Of a DNA stretch of 64,000 nucleotides, positions 49,505 through 60,330 are shown piece by piece. The position numbers and the translations under genes were made by a program. Below the pieces are notes generated by a model. It was not told the DNA's origin and did not search any database. It saw only the letters and a list, made by a program, of their open reading frames with translations. How positions within the stretch are numbered: position 1 is the stretch's first letter; each line of letters begins with the position of its first letter. This DNA is from Camelus ferus (lineage: Eukaryota): contig NC_045696.1 of NCBI RefSeq assembly GCF_009834535.1, positions 74,402,001 to 74,466,000 on the forward strand, given 5' to 3'.

Positions 49505-50323
49505 TATCTATTCATTCCACAGATGTTTATCGAACACCTACCATGAGCCAGGCACTACTCGAAGTGCTATAGATGCAGCAACAAATGAGAAAATCCAAGC
49601 TCTGCTGAATCTCAGCCTCATGGTAGAGACAACAGCAAACACTTAGAAAAATAACCATAATTGGTGATAAGAAGCACAAGGTAAAGGGCTAGAGAGTGAT
49701 GGAGGTTCTATTTTGATACAGTGATCAGAGGGCCACTTGAAGGAGGTGACACTTGAGTTGAGACCTAAATGTGAAAAGCAGCCACAAGGGTCTGGTGGTG
49801 GGCAAAGGAGACAGCAGCTGCAAAGCCTTGGGGTAGCAATGAGTCCAGTCTGTCCCAGGAGCAGGAAGTGTGACTGGGGCACGGGGAAAGAGCAGGAGAG
49901 GTTTTCAATGTTGGGAAGGTAAGAGGGGGGCCAGTTGTGATTTGCTGGGGGAGAGTCCAGTGACACGATCTGATCTGCCTTTCCAAAAGACCTCTCTGAT
50001 TGCTAAGGAGAATACTGGGGGGCCGGGACAGGGACAGGTGACAGGTGGAAGCAGAACACCAGCGGGGATGCTGGTTCCTCAGTCCGGGTGAACAAGGAGA
50101 GCAGGATGGCAGCAGTGGTGCTGTTGAGAGGTGGTCAGATTCAAGATTCATTCTGAAGGCAGAGCTGACAAAACTTGCTGGTAGATTGGATGCTGGAGGT
50201 GAGAGAAAGAGATGACTAGGTGCAGATTTTTGATCTGAGCAACTGAGGGACTGCTAGTGCCCAAAACAGGGATGTTAGAAGACTTGAGAAGAACATATGG
50301 AGGGTGGAGTTTGGTTTGAAATC
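49505..50323 (-). mobile_element. L2 LINE 3' fragment
   Basis: attcattccacagatgtttatcgaacacctaccatgagccaggcact...gaggtgacacttgagttgagacctaaat...gaggtggtcagattcaaga. Confidence 0.85.
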
Positions 50324-50337
50324 AAGAGTAAAGCTGT

Positions 50338-50533
50338 ACTGACTGGTATATATAAAGAGATAAACAAGTCATACTGTACAGTGCAGGGAACTATATTCAA
50401 TATCTGGTAGTAGTTTATGGTGAAAAGAATATGAAAACAAATATATGTATATCCATGTATGACTGAAGCAATGTGCTGTACACCAGAAATTGACTCACCA
50501 TTGTAAATTGGGTATACTTCAGTTAAAAAAAAG
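50338..50533 (+). mobile_element. Young L1 3'UTR stub with perfect 14-bp TSD
   Basis: TSD aagagtaaagctgt at 50324-50337 and 50534-50547, with an A-tail at ~50525-50532. Homologous to the 3' ends of the L1s at 22.1 and 51.5 kb. Confidence 0.93.
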
Positions 50534-50859
50534 AAGAGTAAAGCTGTGTGTGGAGCAAACGACACATAGTATAGACCACAAAGAGAAAATAATTTTCAAT
50601 AGACTCCATCAGAAAACTCATTATGCTGACATTTCTATAATAACTTTCTATAACTTTATTTGTGCTAATATTTTGTGCTACAGTTTAACTTTTATATAAG
50701 AGAAGATTAACCAGAGTTAGATAGAATAATAAAATCAAGTAATTGAAACATTAACACTCGTATAAGGAGTATTGGTATAGATTTTTTTGTTTGCTTCTGT
50801 CTGACCTAAAAGCAAGATAATTTTCCAAAATTTAGCAACAGTGAGTTAATATTGCTCCT

Positions 50860-51345
50860 TGAAAATATGTAGCACCATGTTCAAGGTTATTTATTACAGC
50901 AATGATTATAATGATAAAAAATAGAAAATAATCTAGTCACTAATAAGATACTAGAGAAATAAAGTTATACCCTTACAACTGAATAGTGTGCTAATACAAC
51001 ATAATCAAAATGAAGAAATTATGTACTGATACAGAAAAACCTTTAAGGTGTATTAAGTGGCTAAAGCAAGGTACAGAATAACTGGTATAATATGTTACCT
51101 CTTGTCATTAAAAGGGTGGGAAAATAAAAATATGTATAGTGTCTGTGTTTGCTTGTATAAGCATAAAGAAACTCGGGAAGAATACAGAAGAAACTCATCA
51201 CAGTGGATGGGGCACTAGGGTGGATGAGTTAGGGCAATGGGGGAGGGGGGTGTGAGGAAGATTTTCCACTAGATATCTTCTTTCATTTTTTTTTAATTTT
51301 GGGACCATATAACAACTATTCAAAAAATTAAATTAAAAAAATAAT
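50860..51345 (+). mobile_element. Old L1MC/ME-type 3' fragment
   Basis: atgttcaaggttatttattacagcaatg...aaagcaaggtacagaataa...gaagaatacagaagaaactc...agattttccactagatatctt. Confidence 0.65.
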
Positions 51346-51480
51346 AATACTAGGCAGAGTTGAAAGAATGACCAGCACTATTATTGAAAACACACTGCTG
51401 CCAATAAAAGGTTTTTATTAAAGCAATACACTTCCTGTGGCCCCTGAGTGTCCCCCATGGGAAAGGGGAAGAGGAGTTTC

Positions 51481-52555
51481 ATTATTTACTTATTTTTGTA
51501 TATGTATTTTTTATTGAAGTAGAGTCAGTTTACAGTGTTGTGTCAATTTCTGGTGTACAGCACAATGCTTCAGTCACACATGAACATATGTATATTCATT
51601 TTCATATTCATTTTCACCATAAGTTTCTATAAGATATTGAATACTAGTTTCCTGTGCTACAGAGTAGGACCTTGTTGTTTATCTATTTTATATATATTAG
51701 TTAGTATCTGCAAATCGCGAACTCCCAATTTATCCCTTCTCACTTCCTTCCCCTCCTGGTAACCATATGTTTGTTTTCTATGTCTGAATCTGTTTCTGTT
51801 TCATAAATAAGTTTGTCTTTTTTTTTTAGATTCCACACATAAGTGACATCATATGGTATTTTTCTTCCTCTTTCTGGCTTACTTCACTTAGAATGACATT
51901 CTCCAGGTCCATCCATGTTGCTGCAAATGGCATTATTTTATTCTTTTTTGTGGCTGAGTAGTATTCCATTGTATAACTATACCATAGCTTCTCTACCCAG
52001 TCACCTGTTGATGGACATTTAGGTTGTTTCCATGTCTTGGCTATTGTAAATAGTGCTGCTATGAACATTGGGGTATAGGTATCTTTTTGAATTAAGGTTC
52101 CTTCTGGATATATGCCCAGGAGTGGGATTGCTGGATCATATGGTAAGTCTATTTTTAATTTTTTGAGGCATCTCATATTGTTTTCCATAATGGCTGCACT
52201 AAACTGCATTCCCACCAACAGTGCAGGAGGGTTCCCTTTTCGCCACACCTTCTCCAGCATTTATCGTTTGTGGACTTTTGAATGATGGCCATTCTGACTG
52301 GTGTGAGGTGATACCTCATTGTAGTTTTGATTTGCATTTCTCTGATAATTAGTGATATTGAGCATTGTTTTGTGTGCCTATTGGCCATTTGTATGTCTTC
52401 TTTGGAGAATTGTTTGTTTAGGTCTTCTGCCCATTTTTGGATTGGGTTGTTTGGGTTTTTTTGTTATTAAGTTGTATGAGATGTTTATATATTCTGGAAA
52501 TCAAGCCCTTGTCAGTCTCATCTTTTGCAAATATTTTCTCCCAGTCCATAGGTTG
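51481..52555 (-). mobile_element. Young 5'-truncated L1 (frameshifted ORF2 C-terminus + 3'UTR)
   Basis: ORF pieces [39 protein letters not shown]...[18 protein letters not shown] (zinc knuckle) and LPYDPAIPLLGIYP...ATWMDLENVILSEVSQ lie in different frames. Confidence 0.97.
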
Positions 52556-53149
52556 AACTCTTCCCTGTACTGCACTTTCCAATCCTGATTTCTCAGATTT
52601 TGCATAGAGCCTTCCAACCTGAGTTAAGAAAGAGCCAGAATGTCTGGCTTCCAAGATGATAAACACATCATCTTATTGTATTCACTTGATTGCTTTTTTA
52701 TTATTCTGCCAAGTTCAGTGCTTTACAGCCCTTTTTCTTTCATTCATTTATTCAATAAATATTGATTGAGCACCTCCTATGTACAATGTACTGCAGTATA
52801 TCTGAAAATACAAAGATTAATCTAATGTTTTATTGATCCTCTTTATATATTTAATGTATAAGGTGGCAAGGAAATACCATACTCTCTGCAGGTGGGGATA
52901 TTTCCATGGTCCTAAGAGATTGAATCACTGGTCTGAAATCACAAGTACTTAATAAGAACAGGATATGCATTTGCCAGCTGGGTCTAGGAGGTAATATCCA
53001 CTTGCTTCCGTTTTTTTCCTGGGTAATGATAAGGATCAAATATCACTTTGGGGTGAAATAGCTTGTTCTCTTCTTACAGTGATTGCCTCTTTACTGTACT
53101 GGGAATACATTATTTCAGTTTTTGTACTTAGGCTTGAAAACTTAATTCA

Positions 53150-53430
53150 CTCCTTCATTCACTCATTTTTTCATTCCAAAGACATTGATCCCATCCCAGG
53201 GGCTAGGTGTGATGGTAGATGCCGAGATTGAGCTCGGTATGAGGATGACTCAGATTTGGGCCCTGTCTCAAGAAGTTAATACCTAATTGGGAAGTAATAG
53301 CATGCTCACAATTAACTGTCATACACGGCAGAAATGATCAGTGCCTTAGGAGAGGTTCAGAGAAAGAGTTCTAAAGAGACAGACATCAGCCTAGCTGCCA
53401 AGGCAACAAGGAAGACTTCACCGCAGAGCC
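53150..53430 (-). mobile_element. L2 LINE 3' fragment
   Basis: ttcattcactcatttttcattcc...gggccctgtctcaagaagttaatacctaattggga...ggaagacttcac. Confidence 0.55.
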
Positions 53431-53789
53431 CCAGGCAGAGGTCTCTCTGATAGTGTTGGGTCAGACCTACCTGAGATAAAATAAAGCTTGTGAAAACCTC
53501 CTAGTCTGAGAGAGGCTTCTGTACCCAGTGCTCCCAATGTGGTGTTCAAAGGATATCTCTTGATTATCAATCTTAGTTTGGGAGTTTTTCTATGTCTTTG
53601 AAATACATTGATGGCTCTGATGATAGTTTTGATGTCACTGTCTACTTGAACAGGATGTCACCTTATTAGAAATAAATATAGCCCCACTTTGTCTTACAAG
53701 TAAACAAGGTCACTAACCCCATAAGTCCAGTCACATAGATGAAAAATAGCTAAAACTTCATTTAAAATAACAGCCAACACTCTTTAAAT

Positions 53790-54003
53790 ACTTACTATCT
53801 TACCTACTTTACAAGCATTGTTTCTTTTAATCCTTACATCAGACTTACAAGTTAGACACCGTTACTACCGTGCCCATTGTCCAGAGAAAGAAAACGGAGG
53901 CTTAAAGAGGCTGTTACCTATTGTCCCACAGCTACTAAGTGGTAGAGCTGGGAGTTGAATCCAGTTCTGTCTGATTCCAAACCCATGATCCTAACCACTA
54001 TGC
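53790..54003 (-). mobile_element. MIR SINE
   Basis: gaaaacggaggcttaaagagg...cacagctactaagtggtagagctgggagttgaatccagttctgtctgattccaaa...taaccactatgc. Confidence 0.8.
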
Positions 54004-54188
54004 CACTGGTTTTCAAACTAAAGCTCACACCAGAATCCCTGGAGGGCTTGTTAAAACACAGCCGGATGGCTCCACCCCTAGAGTTTCTGATTCAGGAGGT
54101 TGAGAGTTGGTCCAAGAATTTGCATTTCTAACAAGTTCCCAGGTGATGTTGATACAGTGGATACAGGTGCCACATTGAAGAACCACTG
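54004..54188. mobile_element. MER5A hAT MITE, near full length
   Basis: cactggttttcaaact...gaatccctggagggcttgttaaaacaca...aatttgcatttctaacaagttcccaggtgatg...gaaccactg. Confidence 0.9.
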
Positions 54189-54649
54189 CCATCTGCTACC
54201 CTCCTATAGGGAGAGCCTTCCCAGTGTTCTGTGGAGGAGCTTGAACCCCATGTCGCTGGATAAATATTTATCCCTTTACTGGATATTTTCCCTTTACTGG
54301 AATAATCAAGAATTCACTTGAAGTCTTTGAACATACTGATTCACAGAGAATTTAAAGCAAATAACTAATATATTAAAGTTTCTAATTAAACTTACCTATG
54401 AAATGAATACGGAATTCTTTTCCAGAAAGGGCAGAGTTGATCTTCCTTCATGAAGAATGAAGATTTTTAAATTAGTTGAGTAGCATTCTGATCACTATTG
54501 CACTGACTATTTTGTCCTTCAGACAGAGGTAGGATATGAGCAGGCAAAGCAGGAAAGCTCTCGAATTCTAAGGGCAGCACTGGACAGTCAAGAGGAGGAG
54601 GTATTTCCCTGGCACGTCTAAATAAGGGAAAAGGTCTCTGTCTTAACAT

Positions 54650-54820
54650 CTGCTGTTGTCTCTTCCCGTAGCACCCTGTGCTTCTCCTTGATGGCATTTA
54701 TCACACTTGAAAATAATTGTGTGATATCTCTCACTGCTTCCAAATTGGAAGGATCGCATCTGTCTGTCTTGTTTACCACTATCTCCTCAGCCTGGTACAG
54801 GGCCTGGTAATGTTTGTTGA
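54650..54820 (+). mobile_element. L2 LINE 3' fragment
   Basis: tagcaccctgtgcttctcc...tctgtcttgtttaccactatctcctcagcctggtacagggcctgg. Confidence 0.55.
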
Positions 54821-57809
54821 CTGGCTGACTTATGGCTCTCTAACCCATAGTCTTACAGGCAACAAATCACAGTCACAGCAGTTACAAACCTGCCTCACTA
54901 GCTCCAGAGAGAACTTTGTACAGAATATGCAATAAACACTTGTGTGTTACAGGGAGTAGAGGAGGAAGACTTGTGTGAACGCTCCATAAATCAGAAGCAA
55001 CATGCTGTTGTTGTCATTGCTAAGGCTTTTCCTGAAGTGCTTCTCTGAGATGCCTTCTTCCTGTTAAATGACTTCTGGGCTGGCATATAAAGAAAACACA
55101 CATTGCTTGAGGAAAGCTACAGTTCAATGAGGCAAAAAATAAAAGCATCCTATGCATCCAATCCAGCTGTGTGGGTATTTCCTGCCAAAAGATGTAGGAG
55201 TTGGAGTAGTAGGGAATGTGCCTGAATGTGAATGGATGTGAGAAGCCCAGATGGTTGCAAGCTATCTAGGGAAGAACCAGTGACTGTGCTCAGTGTCACG
55301 CTCCAGATGACACAGTAGCTATCCCCACCCTTGAACACTGAGGGAGAGGATGCTGACTGAGTCAGCCCTCTCAGATTCTTAGATCACATATGTCTCTCTT
55401 CACTCCCATTGTGCTTGTATGATTACTTGGCGGGTTTCAAAGTCCTGGGAGTATAATCATAAAGATTGAGGGCATAGATATTAAAAACTTTAGGTGGACT
55501 CCAAGCAAATAATTGAGCAATATACATTTGTAATTGAGTTCAAATACGAGTTGCCAGCATTAGAGAGATGAGAACCACCTGTGCATACCGAGACCATAAG
55601 TAAAAGCCTTGTTCTGCTAGTTTCTTAAGCTCATATGCAATGGACATGATAATGTGTGTTGGGTTAGGCTCCAGTGTGATGCTACTGGCCAGGGTGGAAA
55701 GACACAGTAAGAAACAGCCTAATAGAATGTGTTCATTATCATGCCTCCCTTAAAGATATTTTTAGGACATTATTCGTTATATTATCTAGTACCCTCTCCT
55801 AGGGTAGAATTCTCTAGGAGGGAAGTGATTTCTTTGTAGGGAGCTGTACATCCAGAGTAATTGGTTTGTTTCCTGTCTTAAAGAAACTGGAAATTGTATA
55901 ACTGATTAGGTTCAGTGTTCCTAGTTAGTAATAAGTAGCTTAGGAAAATGAAACTCATGGTATCCATTTTTGTTCTAGACTGACTTTTGACTAGTATGCT
56001 ACCTTGATTCTATACATGTATATTATATTTTCTTTCTCTATTAATTTTGAAAGCTAACTTATATCCATTTATGAAGCCAGGTGGAAGTTCATTCCAGAAT
56101 ACTTTCTGAGCACCTATTAAGTGCAAAGAACTCTCTGAGTTGATGGGGATTTCATAGTGAACAAAGCTGATGTAATTCCTATTTATACTCATGGAACATA
56201 GTTTGTGAAGACATGAAAATTTAAAAGGGATTCTAGAAAATAGATACATACTCTCTGAATGATTTGGGCAAATTACCAAATCCCTTTATGCCTGTCTCTT
56301 TTTATTAAACTTGGGCAGAATAATACCTTACTTTTGAAAGATTTTTTGAGAATTAAATTAGATCAAACATGTATCATATGCCTCTCACATAACAGGTTCT
56401 CCGTCAATGCCTTTCTCTTTTCCGACCTAAAACCATGATACATGTTGTTTAAATTCTTCTGACTTAAACTTAGCTTCTGAAAAATTGTTGGTTCAGGTTA
56501 AAGCTAAGAGAATAGATGTTTAAACACAAATTTCATTTTATTAAAGACCCAACCTGACCAAGTCCAAAGGAGGTTGAGAAGGGAGAGGGGCTCCATCTTT
56601 CCTATTCAGTATATTTTGCCTCCGGAGAATGAATTTGGGAGCAGGAACGCTAGAGGGACAGTTCTTTATTCCTTTTTCTGAGGGACTTTTTGTCAGGTGT
56701 CTCTCTAAAGCTAAGAAAGGCAAGCATTTCTAACATTTAATTATTTTTAAGAAGTTACACTCAACTATTTTAAGGAAGTATTTGCTGTTTGATTTTTTTT
56801 TTTTTTATTTCAAAGATAGAGCTGAGTGGAAGCTAAGCTTGCTTGCTTGTCTTCCTAAGCTTGTCTTCCCATTCATCACAGAAATGTGACGCCCGAACGT
56901 CCCGACCATGAACTACTCACCCAGTAGCAGCCTGTCCTATTTGCAGACAAATTACTCAAAAGGAAATAAACATTCCCCTCAATTCTGACCCTGCAATTTC
57001 TACACGTAGCAGTGGAGCCTGAGTTCCATCAAGTGTGACTCAAGGGTGCCTGTGAAGGACCCTCAGAGGTGTTCACCAGAGCAGACCTATCCCCTAATAA
57101 GGAATAGCTCTAGCTGGGAAAGGTTTTCATGAGCCTAAAGACTATCTTAGTTTAGCTCTTGCTTATCAAGCACCTAGAGGGAGGCAGCTTGCTGTCGCAG
57201 TGGGAATGTCTTCAGCTTCAGAGTTCAACAAACCAAGATTAAATCCCACCTTGCGACCTTAACCTTCAGCATTGTTAAAGGAAGTATTAGGACCTACTTC
57301 GCTGGAGAGTTTTAAGAATTCTGCTTGATCTCTGACATAAAGAGTTTGCCAGAGTGGCTTGCTACTTTCCTCCTCACCTCTCCCTTTGTGCTGGTAACTG
57401 TGGTATACACAGAAGACAATCCAGGATATACAGACTACAAAACCACAAGAGCACAGAATGAGATGGTACTCGACCAGGTTCTGGTATCCATGGAGTGGGC
57501 TTCCCAAACCATGGCTGGTCTTGAGATGGCCTGAAATATAGGATACCTGAGAGAATTCAGTAGGACTTGAAGACTGAAAAAATTTTCAAATGTTTTCATT
57601 CCACAAAACCCCTTTTCTCCTCTACTGTCTGTGGATGCCTTATGAGTATACACAAATACACACCAATTGTAGTGAAGTGCTTATAGCACTTTAAAACAGT
57701 GATATCTTCAGTTTTGCTCAAGAGGAGAAAGAGATGAGAGACAAAGGAGCAAGGAAGAAAGAAAAGGAAACTAATGTCTATGACACGCCCACACTGTTCA
57801 CTCCCTTTG

Positions 57810-57960
57810 CTGGGTTCTTTCACGCAGCTCTGTGAAGTGGGCCCCACTATTCCCATTTTAACAGACGAGAACAGAGAAGCTCAGAAAGGCAACTTTACCC
57901 GAAGTGACACCCTCATAAGTGGGAGTGCTGGGATTTAAACTTGGGCTTTCTGCCTCTTGG
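57810..57960 (-). mobile_element. MIR SINE
   Basis: ctattcccattttaacagacgagaacagagaagctcagaaagg...gctgggatttaaac. Confidence 0.65.
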
Positions 57961-58284
57961 TCCAGAGGGAGGTAGAAAGGGAGTTTTACTAATGAATCAC
58001 TTCAGAGTTACCACATGCTGCAGTGTCTTCGGCCTTTTCACTTAAAGGTGCCTAGCGCAGTACAGAAGAGAGGGCGTGGGCTTGGGGGTCGAATGTGCCT
58101 GTGCCCAGATCCTGGTGCTCACTTTCCCACTAGCTGTGTGGCCTGTTTTAGGAACTTATCCACGTATGGCTACTTGGAATCCATATACTTTTATCCACGG
58201 AGGAAATAAACTGCAGTGGGCATTCTGAAGTCTGAGTGTGGCCCCAGTCTTGACTTCTAATCACAGGTCTAACGAGAGACAATA

Positions 58285-58505
58285 AAACAGTAGTTAAAAA
58301 CAGACTCTGAGGCCAGACTCTGGGCTCCTGTCCCAGCATTGACACTTACTGACTCTTTCTGCTTAACTCTCTCCATCTGTCTCTTCATCTGTAAAATGGT
58401 TATGAGAAAAGTGTACACTTCAAAGAGTTGTTGTGACCTAGGTACTACTGAAATATGTGTGAAGTATTCAGCACAGTACTTGGTACATTTCAGATGCTCA
58501 GTGAT
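58285..58505 (+). mobile_element. MIR SINE
   Basis: tagttaaaaacagactctgaggccagact...cttcatctgtaaaatgg...gagttgttgtga...cagcacagtacttggtac. Confidence 0.75.
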
Positions 58506-59672
58506 TACTATTATTACTACTACTACTGTTACTAGGTACCTGTCTTTGGACAAGTAATTCTCTTTGAGGTCCAAGTACCTCTTCTCTAAAATAAGGAGGA
58601 GATAATCAAATTGACTTCAAAGACATGTTTGTGAGAATTCAACTGGAAACTCTGTAACATACTTAATACCATTTTGGTAGTTACTTTAATTAGCTAGATG
58701 CTCTGAGGTTCATCTCTTCTGTGGACCATGACACTCTTTAAATAAATTTACAGTTCTGAGTAGTTTTCTAAGAAGTAGAAATTGCTCTCTTGTGGTTAAA
58801 TATTGAGTAAAATACTGTTTTATTCTTGGAGGCTTCAAAGCGAGGAACACATTTAATGCACACAGCCATCTTTTCCAGGACTGACTCTATAACCGTCTCC
58901 CTGTGCCTCCTCCATTCTCATAGTGTTCCGGGAAATTGTCTTAACTCAGAAAATCAGAAAATGCTTTCTGCCTTCCTCTAGGCAGAACACATAATCACTA
59001 TATTTCCACGTAAAACATCTCTGCAATTTTCAACTTTTGCCAATAATCTTCAAAAATTGGGTGACTTTTCTGCGTATCTCTCAGCACTAAGTTAATTTGT
59101 GTTGGTTTCAATATCACTGAACAAGAATCTAGTAGTCCTTCCTTAAGGCATCTTTGATTAAAGTTATACTTTCTTCTCTTTATTTTATGTAACCTCTATG
59201 CCAGCTGGGTCTCCCTGAATCTTAGGATCAAAATAAGATTGACTCATAACACTTCTGCACTGTGAAATTCAACATCTTTTCATCCTAGCACCACTTCACC
59301 AGATGTCTGCAAATTTGAGGGATGCTGAGTGACCTAGCTCTGAGCTCCTGCTTCTGCTTTATCAGAGTTGTTTGTGGTTTTTAAAGATTCATTCAACGTA
59401 CTCTGTGCCAGGCACTGTTCTGGGCTCTTCCAATGTGATACAGAGCAAAACATACAAAGTCACTTCCCTGTTTTCTCTCTTCATCCACACCTTGTCAGTA
59501 TCAATGTAGAACTTGGCTCTACTACTAAATTATGAGCAAAAAGTTGCATCTTAAGAAGGTATTTGTGTCTCCAGCAGATATCACTGGAGATTTGGGGATA
59601 TAACTTGAAGGGAAAGGGGGTAGAAGAGAGGACTAAATTGCCACCAATTATTTTTAATTATGCAGACCCTTT

Positions 59673-59707
59673 TACACTTGATCTTAGCCAAAAGGCCAAG
59701 AAGTGAT
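59673..59707 (-). pseudogene. RNU2: 3'-truncated U2 snRNA retro-pseudogene (nt 1-35) with TSD
   Basis: Minus strand ATCACTTCTTGGCCTTTTGGCTAAGATCAAGTGTA matches U2 ATCGCTTCTCGGCCTTTTGGCTAAGATCAAGTGTA at 33/35, and both changes are CpG transitions. Flanks are atgcagaccctttt (59660-59673) and atgcagagcctttt (59708-59721). Confidence 0.93.
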
Positions 59708-60069
59708 ATGCAGAGCCTTTTTAGCCAATCTTCTTTCTCCCTTTTCTCTCTATTTCAAATTTCTACTATATGTTAATCCAAAATAAATGTGATTTCCACC
59801 ACCCCGACAAAGGGCTTTGCAGAAAATATGAAAGAAGCCCATGGATGAACCATAAACTCCTAATAGCCTTTCCCCGGGCCACTAAAATGGGGTGAAAAGG
59901 TTTTGAATTCTCACTGATAAGTACTCCATTAAGTTCTTAGACAGGAGTCGTTTCTAGTTTCTGCCTAGTGGCGGAGGGGTTTGGGAAGGAAGTGGTATCA
60001 TACTTCTGTAACCCAGGTTTAGGAAAAGCCTCAAGAAGTCTTAGGCAGATAGGACTACATATCATCTTT

Positions 60070-60330
60070 CCATCCATCCATCCATGCCTTCATTCATTCA
60101 TCCACTCCACAAGCCTTCATTTAGCACCCCGGTACCCACAGACACTGCCTGTGGCAACACAAAACAGAATGAGACTCAGTGTCCAAGGAGATCACAGGCT
60201 AAACTTCAACAAGGGAATCATCGTGATTCAATAGACTCTGGAAGAATACCAGGTATTCAACAGGTAGAGATGAGGAGATGGGAATTCCAAGTGAAGAACA
60301 CAGCCTCTGGAGACATGCAGGAACTCGCGT
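60070..60330 (-). mobile_element. L2 LINE 3' fragment
   Basis: catccatccatcc/cattcattc tail followed by ttagcaccc...aaacagaatgagactcagtgtccaaggagatcacaggcta. Confidence 0.55.

Noticed and set aside
48780..50323. Tail-to-tail L2 pair as a miR-28/151-type precursor
   Set aside because: The tails are ~300 bp apart and diverged, so they do not form a compact hairpin.
51826..52666. Three ORFs resembling a real protein
   Set aside because: Frameshifted L1 ORF2 remnants of a 5'-truncated, non-autonomous copy.
57370..57560. Possible coding or LINE reverse-transcriptase remnant
   Set aside because: Similarity too faint to assign by eye.
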